Part shown: positions 36,782-49,265 of the stretch, in pieces | Layout: the number at the start of each line of letters is the position of its first letter | Position numbering within the stretch: the first letter of the stretch is position 1 | Source of the DNA: Daphnia carinata | Lineage: Eukaryota | NCBI RefSeq assembly: GCF_022539665.2 | Contig: NC_081333.1 | Span: 372,001 to 436,000, forward strand | Direction: 5' to 3' | DNA length: 64,000 nt | Notes under the pieces: model-generated | The model's input: only the letters and a program-made list of their open reading frames with translations | The model's database searches: none | Told to the model about the DNA's origin: nothing | Made by a program: the position numbers and the translations under genes

Positions 36782-37377
36782 TATACTTTCGTGACAGCGA
36801 AAAGTGAACGTCGGCGGGGAACTTTCAATTCCTACATTGCAAAACAAAAAAGGTTAAGGTAGATTACATTTAAATTGTACCTTTTATCTCGGGTCCTTTT
36901 ATCAGCGATAAAAATAAAAAGGGGCAGTCTGTCGCATTTTATCAAACCTGGAAAACTACTAAAAAAACGGTTCAAGATCAAACGAAATTTCGAAACCTAA
37001 AGAAATAAGATGAAAAAATAGTTTAAAGAAAGAAAGAAAAAAGAAAAACTAAATTGTATTTTCGAGCATTGGTTTGTTTTTGTCGTTTTTCTTTCACTTT
37101 GATGAGGGATGGAGATGAACCGCAATAACAAAAAATCACGGCCCATCTCCAGCTGTGTGAATGAAAATACAAAAAGAAATTTCAATGACAACAAAAATAA
37201 TAACTGAAACCAATTCGAGAAAATAAGAAAAAGCGAGAGGATCAATAATCAACGGGTTGACTGGTTGTAGTTCTCTTTTTTTTTTGTTGTTGTTGTTTGC
37301 TCCAATGATAAACACAAAGGAGGGGGGCGGGAGGCAAATACACCGGAAAACGGAATTGTTTTCATCCTATTCAATAT

Positions 37378-40300
37378 CTATTGCGATACAGCAGCATTGG
37401 TTTTGCTCGTCAAGTAAATGCCAACGGCTTCGGCATCGCGGCCAAGCCAAGCTGCGTTCAGGCGTACTGATTCAACGCTCTGCTGGACAGTACGCTCAGT
37501 TCCGACACAATGATGCTCCTATAAATCAATAAACAAAATCAATCGAACTTCAGGCATTTTGCTAGTACGAATTTAAAATACCTTGAAAAAGTTGTCGATT
37601 TCAATGGCCTTCTCTTCCGAAGCGAAATTCTCCGTTAGAGATTTAACCAGCCGGACCAAGAGGAATGCCCCCTTAAAGCGCTCGTTGAAGAGATCCCAGT
37701 TGTCTTTAAAGTAATTCCAGGCCAATTCGCGACCGAGTTTGCTGGATGCAACCGACGAGATGACGAAGACAGTGTCTTGCGATCGCACTTCGTTCGACAT
37801 GGCAAACGCCAGGACCTGTCAAAACAAACGCATTAAAAAATAAGTTTTGGAACAAAAACAAAAGAAATAAAAATCGCAAACCTCTTTAAGGATTTCTTCG
37901 TTCTTGATGGTGCCCAAAGCGCTGGCGATGCGATCCTTTTCTTCGTGCAGCGTTGCTTCGCGATAAATACGCAAAAGATCATCGTATTTGGATCGGCTGC
38001 CTGTCCGCAACACGGCTTTGTAGACGGTCGAGCGGAAATCGGCCGGAACTTGTTCTTGGCCCTTGATGTGTAGGTCGAAACGACGCTCGGCCTCGGCGAT
38101 CACTTCCGGATCGTCAAACATGGCCATCCTGCCCAAAAGCAAACTACGCAAGAGCTTGGTCAAGTGCTCTTCGTCCGGCTTCGATTCCCAGCCAAGTTTG
38201 CGGGTCATCCCGCCCAGCAATCGACGACCAAAACCTGTAAAACATTTTTAAAAATCAACTTTTATAATCCAAACGTAAAAAACAATCTTTTACTTTTCAA
38301 CAGTTCGTGGTGTTCGGTGTAGGCCAACAGGTGCGACAACTTGCTCAAGGCACTGCAGACGCGGTTCCATACAGTGTACTGATCCTCGTTAGCAAAAGCC
38401 TCTAGCAATGTCAACGCTTCCACAGTGGAAGAATGACCGGCCTGAACCAAAGCAAACAGATCGTCCAAGAGGCCAAGACGATCCAGAGGTGGTAGAGTCT
38501 GATGGTCGATAGCAGACACCAGCTGTTTGAGTAGGTCAGGTTCGTAGCAGGTACGATAGAAGCCAACTTGTCCTGGATTCATCTGAAAACAATCATCAGG
38601 ACGAATATCATCTAGGACAACTTCAGCTGTTTCTCCTTCCAACACGAACGATTTGCTGGGCGTGGTGGGCGAGCGGGACGTGGCGATTTCGATCGGCACC
38701 ATCCACATGGTGTTGTTTTCGTCTTTGGTTCCGTCAGCCAAGAATCGCTGTTGACTCAACTGCAAGATTCGCTTATCGTCGCCCTCCTGTCGAGCTGTTA
38801 CCCGGATAACTGGGAAGCCCATTTGCTTCGTCCAGCCAGACATAATGCTCCCAACTGGCTTACTGCTGGCCTCGCTCAAAGCTGCCCACAAATCCTCGGT
38901 AAAAGTGTTGCCGTACTTGTGCCGGGTAAGGTACAGCTTCATTCCACGTCGGAAATCCTGAATGAAACAACACGTAAGTACATTTTGTTCCCTTTTTAAT
39001 GGGATTATCGTTTGCTTACGTCATCTCCGATGTAGTTGTGCAACATGCGAATGATGGCCGCTCCCTTGTGGTATGAAATATCGTCAAAGATCTCGTCGAT
39101 TTCATCTGGATGACCGATAGGCACTTCGATGGGGTGGGAGTTCTTCAAACTGTCGAGATCCAAGGCCGGAGTGGAAGTATCGGTGACAAATTGCGTCCAA
39201 ATTTTGAACTCGGGGAAGAGATGGTCGACGCAAAGGGATTCGACGAATGTGGCGTAACCTTCGTTCAACCACAAATGAGTCCACCATTCCTGTGTTTAAT
39301 TAATTAGTATTAAAATATAAAATCTTTAGCTGTCAAAAGAATTTACCATGGTGACAAGATTGCCGAACCACTGATGGGCGAGTTCGTGACCGACGACAAT
39401 CGCAACCCATTGACGGCGTTGTGTTGACGTGTTTTGATCATCAACCAAGAGGCAAGTCTCTCGATAAGTCACCAAACCCCAATTCTCCATGGCACCTAAT
39501 AGCAATGAAAGTATTACAATAGAAAGTGTTTAAAACATTCTGGAAGTACCGGCGGCGAAATCAGCAACGGCAACGAGATCCATTTTTGGTAAGGGATATT
39601 CGACCCCAAAGTATTCCTTGTAGTACGGCAAGACCTTGGCGGCAACATAAAGTCCGAAGCGGCCCTGTTCCTTCTTTCCCACCGGAGTATACACTCGCAC
39701 CAAAACGCCGTCAGTAGAGCGCTCTTCGACATAGTCGAATTCACCGACAACGAAGGCAACAAGATAAGTCGACATGATCGGTGTGCGATCAAACTTGACG
39801 ACGTGCAGGTTAGGATCAGCTTCGTAAGGCAACTCGGACACCACTGGCTATTTCAAATCAAACTGTTATTCTGTTGAAAATGTCATTTTTGCAACTAGTT
39901 ACCATGTTGCATAGAGCCACACGATCCTTGGGCACCACCAAAGTAATATCAAAAGTAGCTTTAACAGCTGGTTCATCCCAGCAAGGGAAAGCACGCCTGG
40001 CATCTGTGGGCTCAAATTGAGTCACACCACTGTACCGTTCTTCTCCATCAGCACTGCAGGGAATAATAAAAGTGTTAACTTATGCTGTTACTTCATCAAC
40101 TGAAACTCACCTGACATATTTGCTGCAATAGAAACCTTTTAGCTTGTCAATGATGGCTCCCTTGAACGCCAACTTCAAATAGTACTGCCCGGGCTGCAGC
40201 ATGGAATCAAGCTTGAATGTCACCTTTTCATTTTCTACATCAAGCACAATATTGCTAATATTAGTCTCCTGACCAGATTCGTCGGCAATTCTAATATTTT

Positions 40301-40931
40301 CGAGCTCCAGTTCCAGAGAGTTCAAAATAATTTGATCCACCGGCTCAACAACCTGTGTGAAACAAAAGAAAATGTATTAACAGGCATTCCAAACATATGC
40401 TTTAGAATGCAACACAACACATGAGACACTAGTAATACAAAAATCAGATTAGCAGAATGGCAAATACATAAGACACACTGAATGGAGATTTAGTTAATAA
40501 AATTGACTATCAATTACTTTCAGCGTGACACTCTCATGCCCTTCGAAGACGAGTTTGACCAAATCAGGCTTAATAGTGATGTCATAGTGAACGGGTACAA
40601 CGGTCTTAGGCAGACGTTCAAAAGGTTTGACAGGTAGCATTTTGCAATTCAACTCTTCTTTTCCTTGCTGTTCGAATTCGCTTCTCGCTTTAGTTTCTGA
40701 TCTACCTGTCACAAATCCACGTATCTGCGAAAACCTCTGACACAAATAGACAGGCCGATAGGCTAACGTCGTAAATGGACACACGGCCAGCTGATTTGAC
40801 AGCACGAGGCCGGAGACGACGACGCGGTAGCGATAAAGCTTAAAGCTTTGTAATAATTCCCCTGAGGCTAATATTCTATTCTGAGCTAAAGCCAAACGTA
40901 TCCCTCTTGATAAATAAAAAAGTATAGCCAT
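37378..40931 (-). CDS. NPEPPS: Puromycin-sensitive aminopeptidase (M1 family)
   Basis: FERLP...[64 protein letters not shown]-terminal ERAP1-like helical region ending [14 protein letters not shown]. Confidence 0.96.
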
Positions 40932-41121
40932 TCTTCAACAGTTTCAATAAAACAAAATGATGTTAATATGCCAGTTGTATTAGGACAAATAAAGGAAAAA
41001 TTCGAAAAATTTTAGCCGGTCAGCTGAGATTCGAAGGATGCTGTTTAGCCTTTCTCTGCAATGCTGTTACCGGCAATTTAATATTCAGCCGAAAGGAAAA
41101 ACAGGATATTTCTTTTATTCA

Positions 41122-44074
41122 TTACTGATTAAATCGCTGACGGAGGTCTTCAATTTCTTTCATCATTGCGGCTGGTAAATCTTCATTTATTTGGTCTGTT
41201 AAATATTTTTCAATGTTGTCTATTTCGGCCTTCCAAAAGTCCTTGGGCAAATCGAAAAGTTGTTTCCAGTCAACCGGACTCTCTAATCCATCCATATTTA
41301 TCGAGCCTGCATATCAAATGCTAATAATGCGGACGAACAACTCTGACCAGATTTTCCACTTGAACGCACCTTGTTTCGGAATGAACCCAATGGGGCTCAT
41401 CTCTGCGATATCGTCTTTCTCGTCGGAGCAACGACGGAGGATCCAGTCAAGGACGCGAATGTTTTCACCGAACCCGGGCCAAAGGAATTGCCCCTATAAA
41501 TAAATACGTATATATCTAATTCCAGTTTAATACAAAAAACAGATGGCTTTTAACGAGTACTTTGGAATCGCGACGGAACCAATTGACGTGGAAAATTTTA
41601 GGCATCCACCTTCCGGGCATCTCCATTTCCAGCCAATGGTTAATGTAATCGCCGGCATTGTAGCTGAGGAAAGGACGAGCAGAAAACGGATCATGCATCA
41701 CTTCATGGCCAGCGTATTCAGCCGCCGATGTGGCCTCTGAACTGACTGTAGCACCGACGAATACACCATGTTGCCAGTTTAAAGATTCATAAACTAACGG
41801 GACGCCCGTCGGACGACGTCCTCCGAAAATGATAGCATCGATAGGCACTCCAGCAGGATCTTCCCAGTTTGGATCGATAGTTGGACACTGACCGGCCGGA
41901 GTACAAAATCTAATAATAGATTACACGTTTTCTTTTTAAATAGTTGGAGGAATTGAAACAGCTTTAGTTATCAAAGATCTTCACACGAGCATCACCCCAA
42001 CATGCAATTAACACTTCACGGAAAGCAGCTTAACAACGACAGAGTTCCTTGTCAACAAAGGATGTCCACAGTGTTCGTTATCTGGACATTAATTGACACT
42101 GAGCTCCAGGTGGTAAGTGTTTGCAGTCAAATCCCTAGTACGACTACATGTGTATACTACTTACAGTAGGAGCTAAAGGTCATAAATCTTTGTCATCGAA
42201 AAACCGCAGGGGGGATCATAAAAAAAGCTCATTAAGCTCTTCTCATCCTTCAAAAAAAAAAAGTTTTGAGAGATGAGTTTTCCTTTCGTTTTACCTGGAA
42301 TTGGGATGGGCTGCAGGGTGATCGCTGCCTGGCTGCCAATTTTCCTCACCCAACCAAGAGGTAATGGTAACTCCTTCAGGTAAGTCCTTTTCTAAACCCT
42401 GTTGTTAACAATGACGACAAGCATCGTGGTAAAGGCAAAAAAAAAAGCCACACGTTTTATGTAGAATTAGAGAAAGTTATACCTCCCAAAAAACGCCGCC
42501 ATCAGACGTTCTTGCTACGTTTGTGAAAACCGTGTTTTTCTGGATCATTTGCATGGCGACAGGATTGGTCTTGTAATTTGTACCTTTAACGTTGGTGTTG
42601 TAAATTTAAATGAAATCAATTTTACATTTTAGATAAATGAAACCTGGACAAACGCCAAAGAACCTGAAAAAGTAATTAAATTCATATAAATTGGTTGAAT
42701 ATTGATTAATTATCGAGATTTTACCCATTTTCCGGATTAATGGCTCTGAGTTGGCCTTTATCGTCGAACCTCATCCATGCAATATCTTACGGGCAGAATT
42801 TATCATTAAGATTTGTTACGATGGTAATATTTAATAATTATTTTACCATCTCCAACACACTCCACTTTGTAGCCAGGCAAAGTGGGTGTCAACATGGCCA
42901 AATTAGTTTTGCCACATTGACTAGGAAATGCAGCAACCAGGTAACGTTTCACGCCTGCGGGATTAGTTACCCCGACAATCTGATAAAGCAATCAATTAAT
43001 CACGGGTTATTTTTTAAATGAATAACATTTCAGTACCAGCATGTGCTCGGCGAGCCATCCTTCACGACGGGCAATGGCAGATCCGATGCGAAGTGAAAAG
43101 CATTTTTTACCCAGCAAAGAATTGCCTCCGTATCCACTTCCAAAAGACATCACTTCGTTCGTAGCCGTCCTGAGTTTAAATCAATTTGAAATTGAGCTTA
43201 TTAAAATTATTGAATTAACGAAAATGTCTAACTTGTGGGCGATGAACGTCAGTTTAGGATTACAAGGCCAGTTACGCTGAAGTGGCTCTTTCAAAGGTAA
43301 TGGACAACCGACTGAATGCAAACAACGGACAAAGTCGCCTTCACCGATAGCGTCCAGCACTTGCTTGCCCATACGCGTCATAATCCGCATACAAGCAACG
43401 ACGTAGGCGGAATCAGTGACCTGGATCCCGAATTTTGACAGAGGAGAGCCCATAGGTCCCATGCTGTAAATAATTAAAATCAATTAAATTTTGGCCATTG
43501 GAAAAGCTTTTAAATTGATACCAATAAGCCAACAGGTACATTGTTCTTCCTTTCATACATCCGGGGAATCGTTCTTGCATTGCCGTCTCGAGATCTCTGG
43601 GTGACATCCAATTGCCTAGCTGGCCTTTAACTCCCGGTTTCGGTAATGGAACTGCCTCACGCTGCAATCGCGTAGAGATGAACGTCTTTGATTCAACACG
43701 GGCTACATCACGAGGATCAGTATGGGCTAGTACACTACACGAACAAAGAAAATTATATGAACGTTGGGGATCTAGGGCTTTTTTCAATAAATATTTGAGT
43801 TACCAGTTTTCGTATTTGGGCAACGGTTGGATAATACCCTCGGCCATCAAAATGTCCAGCATAAGTCGATTTTCTTCGTCGGAACCGTCGCAAATGTGGA
43901 CGTACGAAGGTTGGCATAACTCCACGTCGTGTTCCAGAAAGGTCAATACCTTGAAAAGGAAAGGTGTACAATCAGAAATGCGTTTTTAAATTAAAAGATT
44001 AAAATCACCTTATGGGGTAGCGAATCTACTTCACCACGAACAACAGTAATTCCTTTGAAAGTGACTTGTTTCAT
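41122..44074 (-). CDS. Pepck: Phosphoenolpyruvate carboxykinase (GTP)
   Basis: [93 protein letters not shown]. Includes a 20-nt micro-exon near 42644-42663. The start codon is uncertain. Confidence 0.96.
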
Positions 44075-45080
44075 TTTGAAACGTGCAACGATGTGAATAT
44101 TCCAATAACTTTTACTTTCGATATTCGATGCTTGGCAGAATTTACAATAGGACGTGGACACGACTGAAACTTGTCAAGCAGATATACCTGTTCCCTAAAT
44201 GACGAAGTAGAGCACAGCAAAACGTTATTGAGAGAGCAGTCGACGTCTGTACAACCAATCCAACTTTCTTTAAAGACATACTCATTCATCGTATTTTTCT
44301 GGGTATTGCAATATTCAGAAGAATCATTTTTCCGAGTATTGTTTTGACCCATCGTATTATTGCTAGCGTTTAGAAGAGCATTGACAGGGTGCAGGTGATA
44401 ACAATCCCTTGCGAATATCGAGAGAAGGAACAACGTTATTTTGGAGTTTTATCGATCTCCAAGTGTCGTCATTTTTGGGAGTTATCAAGTTGTGAATGAT
44501 CTGAAACATATCGCATGACTCTCAAATACAGTTCATAGGTTAGGTTCGGGGATTTTGAAATCAATAAGCGATTTTTCCTTGTAATGAAAGTGGAACTGAT
44601 GGAAATTAAATCAAATGTTTTTCAACTGAAATAAAAATAACAAAAGGTACAACGGCTGAGAGAAATTTGATCGATGATAATGCTGCAGGGGACAATAGCA
44701 TGAACAGGTTTCGTGTTCGTTCTCGTCACCAGACCTGTCGTAATTGACATAGTTCCATCGTAGCTATTTGCTTTTCTCACTTTCATGTGCTGATATGAAA
44801 CTTCAACTTTACTTTACTGCAAAAGCAAATAAAACTGGCTGCACACAGCTGGGCTTTATCCCACCACAACAAGCTAACCTCTGACAGAATGATTTTTTTC
44901 CCCATCCACCACGTCAAAGCTACGTGTTTCACAACCGGACTACTAATCAATTAAAGCATGATTGACTTTGAATTTATCACGTTCTGCATTGCCATATCTT
45001 TAGAGCGACTATGATTCCATTGGAACATAAATATCGCACTTCGAAATGAGGGCCTTACAAAACGCATTCGATGCCAAAGA

Positions 45081-47231
45081 ATGATGACTCGCTTATTAGC
45101 TAAGTTAACACCAATTTGCCTTTTAATATGTACCTGCCCAACTTTTTCAAATGCCATAGGTCTCACTTTGGAAGAACAAGTGCAACAGTTGGGAGCAAAC
45201 TACGTGAGTAAATCTAATTTTCATTCTGTCCATTTAATGGAATTTTTCTTTGGGTAGTGGCTTATTTATATCATATTATTAGGGTAAGCTCAGGGAATCC
45301 GTCGAAAGCAAAAATGCTCAACTTGAGGCAAAAGTAATTGAACTTGAGGCAAAAGTAATTGAACTTGAGACTCATGTTCAAAAACAGGTATTGATTGCCC
45401 TTTCTTTCTTAACAGAAATATCATTCATGTTGAAACTTATTCAAACCAGGATATTTATAAGAATAAAATCAGGACTGTTCTGGAAACGAGAATTACTCAA
45501 CTGGAAACGCTGGTGGAACAGAAAGACCACGAATACGTGAGATATTTCCTCTCCACTGTTAATTCACAATAATATCAAGCGTTCATAATTGGTCATTTTG
45601 TAATTATTTGAAACATGCAGATAACTCTAGTGGAAAGAATTGTTCAGTTGGAACGTACCCAGTACGGTCGAGCAGGTGAAAATTTTGTCGTCAATGATGG
45701 TGCAGTTACCCGTCAGTCATCTGGAAGAAGCGGTATCGCACGTACGTGTCGAGACGCTCACCTTGCTGACCCATCCCTTTCTTCCGGCAACTACTGGATC
45801 GATCCGGATGGACAAGGAGTTGGTGATGCTCCGATATTTGTTTACTGCAATATGACATCAGGTACAGTAAGAATTTTAAATTCATCATTAAAGGAAGTCA
45901 ATTTCAATTACACTCTGTCCAGGAACAACATCTATCTCACACGACAGCGAAGCGCCCATGGATGTAGGCCATTGTCTTGATCCTGGATGCTATTACAGGG
46001 CTGTGAACTACAATGCTAGCCTCCGACAAATATCAGCATTGGCTGAGCTGTCTGCTGAATGCCATCAATCTATTCAAGTAAAATATTTTAAAATTAATGC
46101 CAATTACCAGTTCTTATCAATAACTTTTATGGTATACAACTAGTACGAATGCAACTTCGCGCCATTCGAGTTTGATGGCGTTCCATATGCGTGGTGGAAC
46201 AACAAAGATGGCGGCTCCGAATACTTCTGGGCAGGCAGCAACGCCAGCGTACACACCTGTCAGTGCGGCATTGAAGGTAACTGCTTCGATGCTTTGCAAA
46301 CATGCAATTGCGATTCTGCAGCGCCCATTCCACTAGAAGATAAAGGCAAGTTGCTTCCTATTTTGAAATGCTTGTCGTTACTTGATAGTTAAATTTTTAA
46401 ATGTGATTATTTGAAATCTGAAGGAATAATTACAAGAAAAGACCTCCTGCCCATCACAGCGCTAAATTTTGGACGAACCCAACTTTCAGCTTCCTCCGGT
46501 GTTCACACGCTTGGTCCATTTGAATGCACAGGTCAAACAGACATATCAGGAACGCCTTCCTCGTGCCAAGACTTGTGGAGGGCTGGACACAGCTTGAACG
46601 GATTATATTCAGTCATGGGAACTGCAATGGTGGAAAGCGTTTACTGCGACTTTGCGAAATTGCCTAATGATGCAGGTATGAGATACAAGATACACACCGT
46701 TAGTAAACTAAATCGTTTTTTTTTTGTACATATGAACCTGTTGTATGCAATGAACAAGGTTTCCAAAAGTGGATTGGATTTGTAGATGTTAAATCATCCC
46801 CCACTTATTTCTATGTTCAAAGAGAAACTCGAGAATACTATCAAGTGGATACTCCAATTCCATTCGATGTTACAAATCTTAACACTGGAAGAGCCATGAA
46901 CTTACAATCCGGAATATTCACAGCACCTCGAACGGGGATATACTTTTTCACTTTCACCGGCGTTGTTAGCTTTCCAGGAACTTCTTCGGACGAAAGTTTC
47001 GTTTGTATCCTTTACAAGAATAACGATTTTTCGAACGATATTGCCGCCTACATCAACAACAGTGGGACTGAGAATGAATATCAAATGTTTTCCTTGCAAG
47101 CCACACTACCTTTGCAAACAGGAGATCAAATCTGGGTGGAAATTTATTCCATGTCCCCCGGGGTTTTTCTGTACGGTTACCGTACTACACACTTCAGTGG
47201 ATGGCTTCTAGAAGAAAATATATCACTATAG
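45081..47231 (+). CDS. Secreted C1q-domain protein with a coiled coil and fibrinogen/collagen-NC1-like modules
   Basis: Signal peptide MMTRLLAKLTPICLLICTCPTFSNA; heptads LEAKVIE (21-bp tandem repeat at ~45320-45370); TCRD...GNYWIDPDG...VYCNM and SCQDL...GLYSV...VYCDF modules; C1q signature PIPFD...GIFTAPRTGIYFF...LQTGDQIWV...THFSGWLL. Confidence 0.88.
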
Positions 47232-48728
47232 TTGGATGTTATTTAGACCACTACGAGCAATAAAGCTTTTAATCAGATACAATACATCTTCTAAGAACAA
47301 AGTTATCTAGTGTGCTACCTCAATGCAATATCTCGCTTTTGATGCGTTTCCCAACACATCCTTAAACAACTGAAGAGCAGAATAGCTTTCATATCTTTCT
47401 GCTACAATTTATAGTATCATTTTGGATCATCGGATGGTGACCAGACATAAACACCTTCTCGGTTGGCGGTAATATATCACGCGATGTTGGACAAAAGTAA
47501 TAATTTATCCGGAAAGTAAAAGAAATATCAGTAGCTCATACGAAAAGCTGCTTAAAGCGACAAATACCTTTCCACAAATTAATGTGATGAATTGGTTATA
47601 TTCTTCACAAATCAAATTCGAATAGCATCCAATATTTTTCAGTGTAGCCATTCCTTGGCAGTTTCTGTACCTAACAATGAAAATCCAATGTTAGCCACAA
47701 AATAAAAAATGATCGTTTGTTTCAACTTACGCTGTGAGGTGGGGTAACTTTGGTAAAAACCTGAAATCTACAGAATTGTAGTGCAATTTCACTTGAGCAA
47801 ATCATCTTTCAAATGTAAAATTCAGGCTCATGGGTGTTTGGCTTAAAATTCAGCAATACAAAGGCATGGTTCTTCCCTATAGGCTCCTTGAGAGTAGTAC
47901 CAAATAAGACTAAGCAATTTCATCAGAAAATATTCTTTGGATAAAACAGATCAACCTACATTAAGATATGAAAAGGGTTAGTGTCAAGCAACGAGCCAAC
48001 GAAACACTTATTTCATTGATAACAACCGCAAACCAAAAATGTGAACAATCCAGTAATGGTAAGTCGTACTTATAAAGAGTGTCGCCCACGTTCTTTCTGT
48101 ATTTTTTTCTTTTCTTTTGTTTTGTTTCGTTTTTTTTCCCTCCATTTCTTTCTTTCTCTTGCACAGAATTTAACAGTTGAAGAACCTTATCTGCTTGGCA
48201 GCAATCGAAGACGAGCTGCATTGTTTGCTGTGGCGGCCATGTTGCTCTGACGATAATGGGTCAACCGCTGGCATGTTGACTTTGATAAATAGGGGAATAG
48301 AAATCAGTTGTGGCATTAACGTTTCACTCCACGTGTGATGAGTTCAAAAGATGAATTCATCACAGGATTTTTCCCACCACATCACTAGGCATCAATCACA
48401 TCGGGGTCGGTGTTGACGAGGAAGGGTTAACAGACTCGTAACGATACTTACTCTAAAAACTGCGCGGGAGATACTGCGAAAGAGGAAGTGAAGATTAGCT
48501 TGGGGCTACTACGTTGCGTAACATACAAAAAGCGATGGTTAGAATATAACTTTTCTAGCAACTGAAGACACTTTACACCATTAATAATAATGAGCAAAAA
48601 TGAAATCAACTTCAATCGGCTTCTAAACTTATAGAAGCAATAATGCAAATGCTCATTGTACACTTACTTGCCCCTCGAACTGGCAACACTTTCCAAAGCA
48701 TTTTTGTAAAAATTTTTTAAAAATAACC

Positions 48729-49265
48729 TTTGGGCCCTGGACGTACCCAGAGTTACTAGTATATATATATTGGTATATATATAGTACTCAGTATAGATAT
48801 ATCATATATATATATATCGTTGCTAAATGCAAAAAAAAAATTTTTAGATAATACAAAAATAGAGATTCGAACCCAAGAAATCAGCACGGCACGCGCGAAC
48901 TATTCCTCAGCGCTAATGCTCTCTTGCACTACTACATGTATGCCTATTTGAATAGGTGGCATCCGAAGCAAAATTTGGTTGGGATGTGCGGTCCTGGCAC
49001 AGTGGTTATCACCCACGCTTTGTAATCTGAAGTCCTCGGGTTCAAGTCCCGCCACCGCCAATTTCCGGCAATTTCCCTCCCTCCCCTCCCACCACCCTCC
49101 CTCCCACCCACCCCTCCAATACATCATTCAAGACTCGCAAGATTCTTCATCACATCGGATTCGCAAGATTCTTCATCTCGTCGAATCACGCAAGATTCTA
49201 CATACATCGGACATCATCTACCTCAAGAAAGAAGAAGAAGAAAGAAGAGCCATGCCTACTATAAA
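48729..49265. mobile_element. Composite repeat: Helitron-like terminus, (TA)n tract, two divergent tRNA-like modules, C-rich tract and short tandem repeats
   Basis: Hairpin CTTTGGG...CCCAGAG followed by CTAG|T (48756-48760); TGGGTTCGAATC on the minus strand near 48865-48876; tRNA-like module at 48988-49060 (+); GCAAGATTCT three times at 49137-49200; GAA-rich end. Confidence 0.45.
48988..49060 (+). other. tRNA-like sequence (pseudo-tRNA or SINE head)
   Basis: GCGGT...TGGCACAGTGG (A-box)...CGGG-TTCAAGT-CCCG (T arm)...ACCGCCA. Partial acceptor pairing and a poor anticodon stem. Confidence 0.6.

Noticed and set aside
47290..48245. Possible minus-strand spliced gene remnant
   Set aside because: Splice-like signals exist, but every frame tried has several stops and no homology could be recognised.
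48334..48364. Hairpin beginning TGTGATGA (C-box-like)
   Set aside because: No suitably placed D box, and too short for a pre-miRNA.
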